From positions 1,006,788 through 1,070,787 of the forward strand of contig MU008181.1 in assembly GCA_010909165.1 (NCBI GenBank): 64,000 nt of DNA. Reading direction: 5' to 3'. This document shows, in pieces, positions 13,281 through 26,400 of this stretch. The translations under genes were made by a program, and so were the position numbers. This DNA comes from Anthoceros angustus. Taxonomy: Eukaryota; Plantae; Anthocerotophyta. The notes under the pieces are model-generated. The model worked only from the letters and a program-made list of their open reading frames with translations, had not been told where the DNA came from and searched no databases. Numbering within the stretch: the first letter of the stretch is position 1; every line of letters starts with the position of its first letter.

Positions 13281-13824
13281 TCCAAGTAGCCAATATATAA
13301 AGATTAACTCCTGCACATGTAATCACAGTAGCACTGCACTCAAAGCGCCAATATAATGAGCTTGTAATTGGATAACATCCCTTATCTTCACCTCGATTCG
13401 AATGTGAAAATATCTTCCCAACCATTGGCTCATTCCATATAGCTTAAGGCGCATGTCACCCAAGATGTACCATGCCTTGTCAATCTTCACTTTATCCTCA
13501 AAAGGTTCTATGCCTTCGGATCTTCAATTTATCGCCAACGTCGTATTCCATATTCCACCGAGGGTTTCAACCCCTAGTTCTCGTCAACACAAAGATCCTC
13601 GGCTCCGGTCTTTAAATAATAAGTTCATATGCTCCCTTGATATATAAGGCTTAACATCTTGAGGATAAAGGGCCTAGCCAAGATCATTGCCCTCGATGAC
13701 ATAGCATAGAAGCTTTGTGATGGATATATGATATTTGAATATAGTGGAGCTCACATACATCAAGATTGAATATATAGATCTGCGGCGAAGAGCACCGCCT
13801 CGACAAACCACTCCCAAGATAGGT

Positions 13825-13975
13825 ACTACGGAAGGAACACAACTCTCCACGGAAGGAGCACCACCACTCTCCACAGGAAGGAACACCACCACTCTCCACA
13901 GGAAGGAACACCACCACTCTCCACAGGAAGGAACATCTATCTCCACAGGAAGGAGCACCACCACTCTCCACCAAC
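13825..13975. repeat. Tandem array of ~24-bp units (ccaccactctccacaggaaggaaca)
   Basis: About six units read directly. They account for the spurious repetitive ORFs in the track here. Confidence 0.85.
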
Positions 13976-14159
13976 ATCCTAGATCGGATTTTCAGCCGGA
14001 AGAAGCCCAACCGAAAAGCAGATAAATATGTAGTCATATACTCTAATCTCAATTTCATTGTCAATTTCATGACAGCCTCTTGTGTGATCTGAAAATTTTG
14101 TCATAAGAAAGGGGCACTGAAGAGTTGTTTAATGAAATTATAAACTTCATACAGAATGA

Positions 14160-14690
14160 CTCTTGCACTCCAAATATTGGCTTTTGAAGTTCGACTTTTG
14201 AAGTATAGCTTATTTTTACATCATCTTCCGAATCCAATACCTCTGGAGCCTTGTAACATGCGATTCCTGCAGCACCCCTATGCAGTAATTCATGGCTGTT
14301 TTGGAAACATGGAACAGACAAACCAAAGTCTCCTAGTATAATTTTGATTCGGCTAAGTAATAATATATTAGCCGGTTTCAAATGGCGATACATGACACTA
14401 TGCCCATGGCAAAAATTGATTGCCTCTATTAGGTTAAACATAAATATTTTTGCATCCTCTTCACAATAAGCTCCCCCTTTTTTAGTTCATCCTTTACTGT
14501 ACCATACCTACATACCTCCATCACAATGTAAATAGGTTCAATATCCTGATGAATAAAATGAGAATATTTGGAAAGAGATCAAAGAATTTTTATCTCTCTA
14601 TATATTGCATGATTTATTTTTTCATATTTTTTAAATAATTTTACAGGTCTATTTTGCGAGTCTAATTTTACAAGTTTACTAGTTTTTTAG
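14160..14690 (-). pseudogene. AT-rich, intronless Ser/Thr protein kinase relic
   Basis: REIKIL, IYIVME, HGHSVMYRHLKPANILL (degenerate HRDLKPxN), LGDFGLS, YKAPEV. In-frame stop; catalytic Asp replaced by His. Confidence 0.8.
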
Positions 14691-15203
14691 GTTTACGTGG
14701 GGGCTAGTCCCCTTGGCATGGTGCCCTTTGTTGGGTTTTTCCTCCTTTGTTTTTGGGGTGGATGGGTTTTTCCAATCTCTTTTTTATAATAAAGTCTTCC
14801 TTTCCCTTATTTATTTGGGTTTAGGAATCACTTTTTGGTAATTATGTGCTCTCTAGAAAAACATGTAGGGAACAAGTATAGAGAATTTGTCAACACACAC
14901 CGGAATATACATACATACACCTATCCCTCTATACAAGAGAACATCAATCTTCATTGAACAAACCAGGTACTTCCATCTTTCTGGTTTTGATATAGATGCC
15001 CATATAGCAACTGACAAACAATGGGAAATTATTAATTTAGTAGCTATTAACATGACGTTTCATGGAAATTTACCAAATTAGTAATTTCTCAAGGTATATA
15101 AATGAGTGAGACCTAAATAAAAATAATTCTTTCTCTGAACTTCAAAATCTAGTTATCCATTCTTCTTGCATATAACTTCTTATAATCTTGTGATCTACAG
15201 TTG

Positions 15204-15310
15204 TTAAGGTTTGTTCAATGAAGATTGATGTGTTGTCAAAGTTTGTTCAATGAAGATTGATATGAGTCTTGTTAAGGTTTGTTCAATGAAGATTGATGTG
15301 AGTCTTGTTA
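15204..15310. repeat. Short tandem repeat (aaggtttgttcaatgaagattgatgtg) x3
   Basis: Read directly. Confidence 0.75.
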
Positions 15311-15998
15311 GACATGTTCATGTCGAAGTGCCGAGGCACCCCAGAGTGGTGGAACCGTCGAGGTGGTTGAGAGGTGGATGTAGGTACCTCCTACCAACAG
15401 CATGAGCTGTCCATCTCGTGGTGGCGGGTCATTCTTATTCATTACATGCGTAAAAAGGCACTAGGAATGACATTCCGGGTTCAAGCAACATGGGAACCCA
15501 ACATATGGTCTCTAAACTCTATTGTATTATATGTAGAAAGTCTTGAAGTCATGATGTAGACTACTTATTCTTTGCTTCCCGTAGTTTGATCACCTCCCCG
15601 GGTAGCTGAAGAGCTTGACATATTCTTGCTGCTCATAATCTCACTTGTAAGATTATGACCTTGATGGAATTATGAATAGCCCTATCTCATAGGTTTAAAC
15701 CCTTCAAACCCTTAAAATTGTAAAAATCAAAATGACATATTCTTGCTGCTCATGAACATGACTTGCAAGAATAGTAATTATGAATACCCTAATCTTGAGG
15801 TTTAGGGACATCAAACCCTTCAACCCAAAAAGATTAAACTAGTTTTCAGATAATAAATTTTACATAGTTAGGTGTGCGCGGTAAAGGTGTTCGATACATA
15901 CAGGCGCATGTGTGTTACGGATTGCCGTTGCTGCAAGACAGGTGGTCCGATGCCATGGCCGAAATAATAGCATGTTGTCAAGTCTTCGGAATCGCTCC

Positions 15999-16652
15999 CT
16001 AATCTGCATTCTCGAGCAAGCGTCTGGTTTCCTCCGAGTAGCAGGAGCAGGCGAGGAGCCTGCCCCCCCAGGGAGCGGACGGAGGACTGATGGTGAGGAA
16101 GTCGCAGAACTGGTGACTCCGTTGCTTCCAGCTGGTCCACCCCGCCCTGTGGAATTTGTAGCGAGAAACCAGCTTGAGCCGCAACGGCACCACGCCCCGT
16201 TCAAGATCATCCGCCATGGCACTCCCCCTGCCCTGCAACAGTTGCACCTGCCGCTGGGGCTGGAGCCGCAGGGTGCCCTCCAGAGTGCTCCTCTGCCCCT
16301 GGCGGAATCCCGGGCCCGGGAATGCCTGCACGTCCAGCCGCTGGTCGCGGTACCACAGAATGGCGCTCACGTACATGTAGCCTACTTGGACATGCTTGTT
16401 GCCGTTGCGCAAGGTGAAGGTGATGTTCAGATCCCAATCCAGGCCCGTGCTGCTCAGATTGAATGCTCCCACCTCCACCCCCTTCAGCTCCATGTCAACA
16501 GAGTTTGGTGCGGTAGCCAGCCATACGATGAGCAAGATGGCGAACGACGTAACGAGGCATACCGAACACCCACAAATGCGGCAGCAGTTGGATGCCATTG
16601 CCCTTGTCTTGTCCGCATGGCCCACGGCTGTGCCTGGCTTGCCTGCATACAT
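15999..16652 (-). CDS. LEA_2 / NDR1-HIN1-like membrane protein, copy 1
   Basis: Cys-rich N-terminus, single TM helix, LNITFTLRNGNKHVQVGY, F.Q.....T motif, DLERGVVPL; intronless. Confidence 0.8.
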   Translation of the reverse strand: MYAGKPGTAVGHADKTRAMASNCCRICGCSVCLVTSFAILLIVWLATAPNSVDMELKGVEVGAFNLSSTGLDWDLNITFTLRNGNKHVQVGYMYVSAILWYRDQRLDVQAFPGPGFRQGQRSTLEGTLRLQPQRQVQLLQGRGSAMADDLERGVVPLRLKLVSRYKFHRAGWTSWKQRSHQFCDFLTISPPSAPWGGRLLACSCYSEETRRLLENAD

Positions 16653-17099
16653 ATAGGAGCTGGGCCAGCCAACGCGCTTGCGTCACCTGGAAGCCATCGG
16701 CTCTTGAGGACATACGCATTGACACGGTCAAGTCATCGCATTATGCCGCACGAGGCGGAGGCAATACGGTAGCCAATTTCTCTTTACATACGGAAGTCAC
16801 CACGAGGCGAGAGAAATACCTAGCCAATTTTTGTTGTTTTTACCAAGCAAACGCAAAGGACGCCTTCACCCCAGGTGTCTCCAACCTTGATATCTTTAAA
16901 TTTACGGCGTTTTTTTGAGTGCAGCCAAAAAAGGGTTTTATTTCTTGGGCTGTATCTATCTATCTGTCATTTAAAAAAAAAAACAGGCAAAAAAACCGGG
17001 GAAAAACGCATTCCGAACTCGGCCAGGTCTGGTGTCATGTGTCCATTTGACCAGGTGACCAGGTGACCAGGAATCGTGCACAACGCAATGGGCCCATAT

Positions 17100-17345
17100 G
17101 TTTCAGGAAAGGAATTTCTGCTGCCAGGTCTACGAACTAGACCTTGCAGAACATCAACATGATCACAATGTAGAGAAGAAAATGCGGAAAGACACCCACC
17201 ATAATGGTTATGTGAGGTGATAACCATGGCCACTTCCACGCGAGGCAAGTCGATGAGTGGGAAGGGAACTACTTGGGACAATCTAAAACACGTAGACCAT
17301 CATGAGTTTTCGACCATCACTTAAGCAAGGAACCTTAGCATGTTT
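17100..17345 (-). pseudogene. Duplicated NAPE-PLD exon/intron fragment
   Basis: VPFPLIDLPRVEVAMVITSHNHY is nearly identical to 22060-22265, including the intron sequence. Confidence 0.75.
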
Positions 17346-18083
17346 CAGGTGAATGTGAACGAACATGAAATGGCTTCTGAAGCTCGACGGGATGTCCATT
17401 GGATTGCAATTGTAATCGATTCCACTGCGCTTGATGGTTGAAAGGGTTTAGTGAATATTGGCGTAAAGGAATAGATTGTGGAAGAGTGACGATCCTGCCA
17501 TTCTGACACGTGAAGTAGGCGTTTCATGGAGAGCTGCAAGATGGGGCGTTTGTTCAATCTCAGTGAAGCAGAGGATGGTCACTCTGCATTTATTTGGGAT
17601 AATTTGTTACTGTCTGTCCCACATGTACAGATTTGAGGAGATCACGGTCATTGGAGCGTGAATTTCTATCTGCGACGATCGGCGCGGAAATTTTATGCAG
17701 TCGCCAGTCTCTGCGAAGGCTGGTGGTGGAATTAGGTCCCAGTCGCTGTGCGCTTCCTCCCATATGAGCAGGGGGACTGGAAGTACGAGTCAATGTCGCA
17801 GCTGCGGCAAGGCTTGCTATGTTTCCAGACCTCTACATCTGCATTGCACAGGGTGCAGAACAAGATGATGTGTTGGTCAGCAACACGCTGCTGCTGCGAA
17901 GTGGCCGTTACAGTTGTGGGGACAGAGCAGGCAAGTGCATAGCAGGCAGGGCAGAACGTGTCTCGCAGACTCGCAGTGAGTGTGAGGAATCGGCGAATTG
18001 GGTGTTGGGGCAGGAGGTTTCTTTACAGGTGGTGGGAAAGGAAATCCAATGCAAAGAGGCTGAAAGATAGCATGCTGTGAAGA

Positions 18084-18698
18084 CTAATAGAAGCCTGCGT
18101 GTATTGCTCTGTAACCCGTCCTGACTTGCACCGAGTAACAGGTGAGGGCGAGGAGCTTGGCCCCCCACGGCGCCGACGGAGGACTGATAGTGAAGAAATC
18201 GCAGAACTGGGTACAATCTTCATTCCCGCTGGTGTGCCCAGATCTGTGAAAGCGGTAGCGGACAGTCAGCATGAGCTGCAACGGAACCACACCCCGCCCG
18301 AGATCCGCCTCCATGGCTGCTGCAAGGGCTTGCCGCAGATGCACCTGCCCGGAAGGTTGCAACCGCAGGTTGAGCTTGAGAGTGCTCCGGCGGGCCTGAT
18401 GGAGGCCCGCCTCCGGGAATGTCTGCACGTCCAGCTTATGGCCACGGTACCGCAGTTCGGTCCTCACGTACCCGTAATGTATTTTCAGATTCTTGTTGGA
18501 GTTGCGCGAGGTGAAGGTGATGTTCAGATCCCAGGTCAGGCCCGACGTGTTGCTCAGATTCAATGCGCCCACCTCCACCCCCGTCACCTCCGTCCGAAGC
18601 AAATGTGGTAGGGTGCCGATCCACATGAAGAACACGACCAAGGACGCCACAACGAGGAACGCGAAACACCCACATATGCGGCACCGCGGTGATGTCAT
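18084..18698 (-). CDS. LEA_2 / NDR1-HIN1-like membrane protein, copy 2
   Basis: 204-aa paralogue of 15999-16652 (CRICGC, TM, LNITFTSRNSNKNLKIHY, DLGRGVVPL). Confidence 0.8.
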   Translation of the reverse strand: MTSPRCRICGCFAFLVVASLVVFFMWIGTLPHLLRTEVTGVEVGALNLSNTSGLTWDLNITFTSRNSNKNLKIHYGYVRTELRYRGHKLDVQTFPEAGLHQARRSTLKLNLRLQPSGQVHLRQALAAAMEADLGRGVVPLQLMLTVRYRFHRSGHTSGNEDCTQFCDFFTISPPSAPWGAKLLALTCYSVQVRTGYRAIHAGFY

Positions 18699-19232
18699 TT
18701 GCCCCTTGTCCGCTAGCCCACAGCCTGGCTGGCCTTGCCTACATTACCCCGGCCGCGGCCCAGCGAACGCGCTTTCTTGACTTCGGAAGCCATCAGCAGC
18801 TCCCGGGGATGCATTCACACTGTGAACTCATCGTGCACGCCATGTCGCATCTCTGTAGTCTCTGTTACATGTGTGAATCAGCACGCGGCCGAAGAAAGAA
18901 CCAAAGGGCTAGGTGAATTGCAACAGCATCCTCTGATACAGTAGCACGGCAATGTTCTCATATGAACACAACACCAATATTGATGACGGTAACAACGGCA
19001 ATGTTCGTGCTTGCTATGTTTCCGGACCTCCGCATTGCACAGGGTTGTGGGGACAAACCAGCCAAGTGCATAGCAGGCAGGGCAGAACGTGTCCCGCAGA
19101 CTCGCACTGTGTGTTAGGATCGATTGGCTTTTGTGGCAGGATGTCTCTTTACAGGTGGTCGGAAAGGCAATCCAATGCAACGATTGAATAGCAGCCTGCC
19201 TTGTCAATCCTATGGAATCGCTACCTAGACTA

Positions 19233-20560
19233 CTAGGCCGCTGCTGCATTGTACGTCGCTTGCCTGGCGTCTTCCGACAAACAGGTCAAGGCGAGCAGCC
19301 TGCCCCCACGGCGCCGACGGAGGACTAATGGTGAAGAAATCGCAGAACTGTGGGTACTATATTGGTTCCAGCCGGTCCACCCAGATCTGTGGAAGCGGTA
19401 GTGAGCATCCAGAGTGAGCTGAAACAGGACCACGCCCCGCCCAAGATCCGCCTCCATGGCTCCCGCTAGGACCTGCCGCAGCTGCACCTGCCCCGAAGGT
19501 TGCAGGCCTGCGGCAGGCGGCGCTCGAGAGTGCTCTTGCGGCCCTGACGGAGGCCGGCGCGAGGAATGTTTGCACGTCCAACGTATGGCCACCGTACTGT
19601 TAAGAAATGAGCAACAAATCAAAACAGGTTAGGCTATGAAGAGCATCTATTTTTAAAAATAGGTTATGAAGAGTCCAAAAAAATAACGAAGTTCAAACTT
19701 CTATACCTTCTAAAAACTGATGTTCTTCTGCAGAATATCTTCAGAATATCTTGTAGAAATCTCAAAAGTATCATCTAAAGAATATCTTCTAGAAAGCTCA
19801 AAAGTATCTTCTAGAGAATATCTTCTAGAAAGTCTAAAAATAAAAGATAGATTAATTAATGAATAGGATTCAAGACTGAGGACTATAGAAAGCCAAGCCA
19901 TAGATATGGTATGTGGGGTGTAGTGTGTGCAGCTGTGCTCATGTGCTAGTATCCAGTGTGCCTAATACCTAGTGCATATAACATATTATATGAGAATTTT
20001 ATTTTTCCTTCCAATAAAGGCTCAGCTCTTTTCCTAATAGATACTGTGGAGAGCTCGTTTTGTAGTAGGTACTCTAAAGAGGTTCCTATGGACCTGTAGT
20101 GTATAACTCCATCCTTGCTAGAATTGCTCGAGCTGAAAATGAAGGTGAAATCCCAGGTCAGGTTTGTGTTGCCCACTTTCAATGCACCCGCCTCCACCCC
20201 CATCACCTCCATCCGAACAAGATCTGGTCCTGTGACGGCCATATGATATGATCAACAAAACCCAGAACGCCACAAACAAGACCGCGCAACATCCACATGA
20301 GCGACAGCATTTGATGCCATTGCCCTGGTCCGAATAGCCTCCACTGCACAGCCATGGCTGGCCCCGCCTACATACACCCGGGCCCGGCAGCATTTTGATG
20401 CCATTGCCTTGTCCGAATCGCCCCCACTGCACAGCCATGGCTGGCCCCGCCTACATACACCCGGGCCCGGCAGCATTTTGATGCCATTGCCCTTGTCCAA
20501 ATAGCCCCCACTGCACAGCCATGGCTGGCCCCGCCGACATACACCCGGCCCCGGCCCCCG
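19233..20560 (-). pseudogene. LEA_2/NHL copy 3, split by an insertion and frameshifted
   Basis: 5' half at 20070-20330 and 3' half at 19233-19597 (DLGRGVVL) are separated by an AT-rich insert. There is also a 3 x ~64-bp repeat at 20310-20550. Confidence 0.75.
19598..20068. mobile_element. AT-rich LTR-like insertion in LEA_2 copy 3
   Basis: Begins TGTTAAG with TAACA at ~19983, has internal ~33-bp repeats, and gtac lies on both sides (19594-97, 20069-72). Confidence 0.55.
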
Positions 20561-20814
20561 ACCCAGCCAACGCGGTTTTTTCACTAGGAAGCCATCAGCT
20601 CCCAAGGATGCACTGACGCTGTCAACTAATTACGACTGCGTCGCATCTCTGTAATCTCTCTTCTGTAAAGAGCCAATTTTCCCTTAAGTGATTTCATGAT
20701 CATATGTCGGTCCTTTCATCCCCAAGATCCTCATTACACGTACTCAATTTACGCTCAAACGAGGAAGCTGGACTGGCCACAGCCCATATGTATTTCTTTT
20801 AGAACGACAGAACC

Positions 20815-22935
20815 TTAGGGAAAGCTCTTGGTCTCGCCATGCTTCATTGTGATGAAAGCTCCAGGATCGAGGTGCAACCTTGACAATTCCTGCTCCAGCA
20901 GCAAACCTAGATATCAGTAGACTGGTAGATGATAACCGGGCCAGAGTAGCCAAAAATTGATCCAACACGAACCTTTCGCAGCCTGATGGGAGGCTCCAAG
21001 ATCGGTTCATCTGTGAGCACGAAGGTCCCTGCGTCAACAGCAAAGGGTTTATGAGCCCCCAGGAATATGGCCATGTATAATACTTTCAACGAGAAGAATC
21101 CCAACATACACGTAAATCCGGCCATGTGGCGGAGGAAACTGACAACCATTCGGTGCTTATGCTCACCCCAATGCATTCCGATGGATTGCTTGGCTCCAAC
21201 AGCTAGGTGAATTGCAACGGCATCCTCTGAGACAGTAGCATGGAAAGGATGTTAGATGAACAGAAAACCATTGACAGTAACAACGTATCACTTCCGAACA
21301 CCTGTTAGCCGTTGGACTGACCAGGAGAGCAATGGATTTGGCTCATGAACCAACGAGGGCTGTATGCTCCTATTGGAATGAGAGCAACATCGAAGGGACC
21401 GAACTTCTTCCCAATCTCCGAGAAAGCTGAACAAACGGGCGGCTTTTCTGCAACTTCCTCTAAAGGATCGCTTGACTTGGACACTGAGCAGAGTCCTGTG
21501 TCGCCTGCAAAATATATCTTGCGAGATTGACCTTCAAGAACCCAGGAGGCCCACAGAGTCTGCCACGCATACAATCACTGTCAGCAGACTGTGACCGAGC
21601 GCAAGGGAAATGGAAAGTTCCTGGTTTTGCAACTGTAGTCTTGCCTTGTTTCTGTCAAAGAGACCACGACCAGAGAAATGTTGGCACGGGGTGCAGGTTG
21701 CCGTGAAGCATTTGGTCTTACCCTCATCAGTCACGCAGAACTTGTGTTCTTGCCACCAGTCTAGTTCAACCTGTGCAAAATCAGGAAGGGACGAATTCAG
21801 TGAGTAGGTAATCGATTGACCAATACAAAATACGAAGCAGGAGGTGGCTCCTGCTGGCTTCGCAGGGTTAAGACTTACAACATTGGTGACACCTAACTGA
21901 GTAAACCTGGTACATAGACAACACATCAGTAACTAAAATAGGATGAATGGACCTGAATGACAGAATGGGGCTGCTGGGTACTTTACCAGCTCTTCACTCC
22001 AAGTGGTACAAGGTAGAGAGGCTTGTTGCCCAGCTTCTTCACAGTTCCTTCATCCAAGTGGTCTGCAGACAAACTAAACCTTGCAGAACATCGACATGAC
22101 CACAATGCACAGAAGGAAACGCGGAAACACACTCACCATAATGGTTATGTGAGATGATAACCGCATCCACACGAGGCAAGTCGCTGAGTGGGAAGGGAAC
22201 TGGCACAATCCTATCAGACATGAGCCAGCATGAGTCTTCGTTCATCGCTTAAGAACAAGGAACCTTAAAATTTGCTTCACCTCATCTCACCGCTTGGGGC
22301 CAACATGCTGGGAAGGGGAGCAACGATCTGACCAGACTGCACAACAAGAATCAAGAGGCTTAGAGCACCAAACCATCTATCGTTTTACGCAGTCGCTCTG
22401 AATCCGCTGCTGACCTGGATCAGTCAGCACGTTCAGCCCCTCAAATTGAATGAGAAAAGTTGCATGACCGACCCAGGTAGCCTGCAGTCCAAAACGAACA
22501 TACAGGCGAGTGACAGAACATGTCCGGGTCAAGAAACAGCTTCTACAAGACGAGTAGCTTACCACAAAGGTGTCAAAGGAAAGCTCAAAACAGCTCGTCA
22601 GAGAACCTAGACTACCGACCTGAATCGCACCCTGAGGAGGATCTCGCAATGCACCAATGTTCGTCCTCACAGGCATTCCCAGGTGCCTCCTGACATCATC
22701 AGTGACTTTTTTACGATTCCTGAGAAACTCCTGCAGCAGCAAGCCGAGTTGGCATGATCCTAAACTATAATACGGACAAACGCGTGCAATCTCAAATTCC
22801 ATCGCTACAACTTCTTACGCCGACTGCCTTCAAGCGCTGGTTCACGGTCATCTCCAAACCAAAGGAAGGCCATGGATTTCGAAATCCGCCGCCGGGTGCG
22901 TGATGCTGCTTGTCATTTGTAACACCCTCCGTCAT
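20815..22935 (-). CDS. N-acyl-phosphatidylethanolamine phospholipase D (metallo-beta-lactamase fold), spliced
   Basis: [30 protein letters not shown](DHLD), [48 protein letters not shown]. An additional 5' exon is possible. Confidence 0.9.
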
Positions 22936-23418
22936 CCTCGACACTTTAGCCCGCGAGCTTGAGTCCAGAAGGCATTGAGAAAGCAAAGTCGGAGACGTCC
23001 TCACGATGGCACCCAGAGCTTACGGTGGCTGCTGCGTATACATGCTATCGGAGTCGTGAACTCTCTGCACTGTGTCCAACGGGACCCACCACGCAGGAAG
23101 CATCCAAGCAAGACACCATGGTGCCTCCGCGCAAACAGCCCCGGCCTGTGCCACTGCTGACCATCCAAGCCCGGCTGTGAACTTGGACCTTTCTCGGAAG
23201 AAATTTCTTTGAAACATTGCCTTGGTGCTTGAGCTTTTCCACGTGGTGCTCCTTGGAGCTAGTGCGCCATCACGGCTGCTAATCCGTGTATGAAAGTCTT
23301 GGAGTTGCAATCCAGACTCATGACATACGCGGGGCAGTACCTAGTACTTCACATGGGGCACAATGGATGTGTGGCTCAATTGTTTGTTGGAAAGAGGAAA
23401 TACAGCTCTATGGCTCGT

Positions 23419-26400
23419 TTAGTTGAGTGGTTGCAAGTGGAGCACATTTTTAGCGAACCATGTTGCTTTCACTTTCTCTTCAGGCAGACATGGATCCTCT
23501 GCAGGAGACTCTCCCAAGCAAAGTGCCATTACGTCGCGCAGTTCATCCCTGTTCGTGACATATCAACGAATCCGATTATGTACTTTGCCGCAGTGCAGTG
23601 CAAACGGCAGATGAAACAAACGGGTTTGATTCTAGAATACTGACTTGGTCATTGCATCCCCTTCTTCGCACAGAGCTTTCACCAGAGTGTCGCGTTGCAG
23701 CTCCCCTGTCTCGGCGTTTGCTCCAAGTTCCTGAAGGGGAAAGATGCTCAGATAGTACACTGACATGGCGAAGTAGATTACCGAGGATTGGTTGCAGGTG
23801 CTTACCGCAAATGCTCTTTTAATCTGACTCTCCTCAAGTGGAACGACGGGTCTGTGATTGGCATATATCGATATGAAATCTGCAAACTTGATCCTCTTTG
23901 GAAGGTCTAATCCTCCTTGTTTTCTGAAATGGAAGAGATGTCAATGCACAAACTCAAACAGCGCAGCGAAGTTAGTCTAACATCGGTTCTGGCTCTTACA
24001 GCGGTCTCCCAATTTCTTGAAGGATGTCTCGGATATCAGAAGTAGAAACGTCAACTTTGAGGGCCCTCAGCAGCTCAGGTAGCTGGTCAAGCTGCAAAGT
24101 GTCGTCCAGATTGCGTTCGTGGGATGACTCTTCTCCCTGCGAGGGACATGATCAGCTAGCTGATGGTCGACTAAGCAAATTAGCAAAGAAATTGTGACAG
24201 AAAGAGCCAGCTTTGTGAAACCTGAGATCGGATTTGTGCACAGAAGAAGGTCTCTCTTAGCTCCTGTAGAAGAACTTGTCCGTCTGGGCCTTGAAACAGA
24301 GCTGGATGTCCACCGAGGGTGTCTGCCTCGAGCTCAAAGAAGTTATTCAGCAACCCCAGATCCACCCGCCACACGTTCACGACACTGAATGTGATCAAGC
24401 CTCCAAATGTTATACTTTAGTGACTGGCCCACAAGAAGAAAGACACAACCTGCAGGACAGTTTTTAGAGAACCAGAACTTAGCGTGCTTTTGGAAGGATA
24501 GACCCACGAGGTGGGATGGCAGGTTAGTGAGACTGCTCACCTGTCACCTTGGCCCGAAGTAATGAGATATTTAGCATCGTAGGAGACAGCGATGGAAGAG
24601 ATGGGACCAGAATGCCCCACAACTCCTATAACTTGGAGGTTCTTCCTTTTCTTCGACGGATAGGTCAAGAGTCCCAGCACCTGATTCTTTAATGCATACA
24701 CAAGGTAGACCTGCGTACACCTTACCTTGTTAATTGTCTTATGCGTCTGATCAGTCAGCGGACAGCTATTCTAGCTGCTTACCTTTTCTTCCTCTGGCTC
24801 ACGAATGCGCACCATTTGGGCCACTGGTGAGCCAAATGTTGGACCACGGAAAGTCTTCTTGCACTGAAACCTCTCTGTGTCATACAAACGCACTTTGTAC
24901 CCATTGTCGCAGATTACTAGCTGCAACTGCAAGTAGCCACAACCGAACATCAGCCTAATTTCTGGAGGTCCAGTCTTTCTCGTGAAATGACCTTGGCTAA
25001 GGAATGTGGGGACATACCTGCCCAAGCTTCGTTGTCGCGTCAGAGACAATTGCTGTGGGGGTATCATGGTAATTGAGTGGCCAAGTTCCCTTCAGTTTCA
25101 AGCCGTCTCCTCTGACAGAGGCAGGCAGATCGTACTCAACCACCCTCATGTCCTGAGAAGCAAGAAGCCTACATGTCAGTCTCCATGCCATGTGTCCTCT
25201 ACAACCATAAGGATACACTAGACATATCAGCACTTGCTCCCGTGACCTTTACACAGCCTTACAAGGCCAATGGAAAACATCCTGTTCACCCTATCTTCAT
25301 CCGTAGCAAAATGGAGAGCCACAATTGAACGGGCGTGTGACTTGTATTTTCCTCTGTACTCCCATCTCCCCTTGATCTGTTTGCCATTGCCAGAGAAGCA
25401 CTGTAAGTGGCTACACACCCTGTCACCGGCGGACACAGTAAAGGATACACGTACTGGTTCAAAGGAGAGAACAGCAACGTTCCCACCGGCGTCAGAAACT
25501 GCCATGTAGTTACCATCACTTGAGAATGTTATCTGATGTAACAACAAAAAAGTGAGTTGGGTTGCTCATAAGAGATGCCAGCACAGTGATCTGAGATTCC
25601 ACTGGCCAGGAGAAGAGAGCTTTGTACCAGGGGCACACTCAATCTCGTAAATGAAAAGTTTTGCACATCTTGCAGTGACGTTGAACTCACAATCTGCAAT
25701 GCATAAGTGTTATTTTGGCAAACGAGGGTTCTCAAGTACACTGGAGACATGATGTTCAAGTGTTGAGGCACAAAGACAGACAACTATATCGTAACAGTAT
25801 GAATAGCAGGACATACCTTCAAGACCCCGTTTGAGAATGCACATGCTATGGTTGTTCCCAGCGGCGAGTACTTCACACATGAGAGCTGCACATAACGAAA
25901 AACAAGCTTGTCTTCTCATGTTTCACACGGCTCACCACATGCATCTCACCTGTCAATAAAGCGATACACAACAAGTTAATGCATATTTTGGTCACGGTAA
26001 TCTGGTCACCTTGAGTTTAGCAAACTCTCGTCTTGCAAACATTCGTCGTGTTTCATAGTCCTGTATCTGCAAAGTGAGTAATGCCCCACCTATCAAGACC
26101 CACGAAGTACAAAAAGTGAAGTCACATACGCTGTGCTAATGAAGGTGCAAGAACGAATCGACAGAGCCTGTTAAAGCTGACCTGCAGTACATTCCCAGCA
26201 CTCATAACTGCAAAGTGGCTCTGTGACGGATGCGCTGACAGCATTTCAACCTTTTCTGGCATAGGCTCCACCACCTCTTCTCCCTACTGGCCTTCCTTCG
26301 AAGGCAAAAAACAATTAGTAGATAGTCATTTAGATTGATTAAACAACAGGATGAGGTGTCTACTGTACAACATTGCCTTGAACGTTTTGCACTCAGAATG

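Noticed and set aside
13080-13975. CRISPR-like arrays
   Set aside because: Units are contiguous or separated by only a few bases, with no unique spacers and no cas genes, in a eukaryotic context. They are minisatellites.
15912-16772. 286-aa plus-strand ORF (likewise 18099-18611, 52591-53340, 39514-40326)
   Set aside because: Antisense shadows of GC-rich coding sequence on the other strand.
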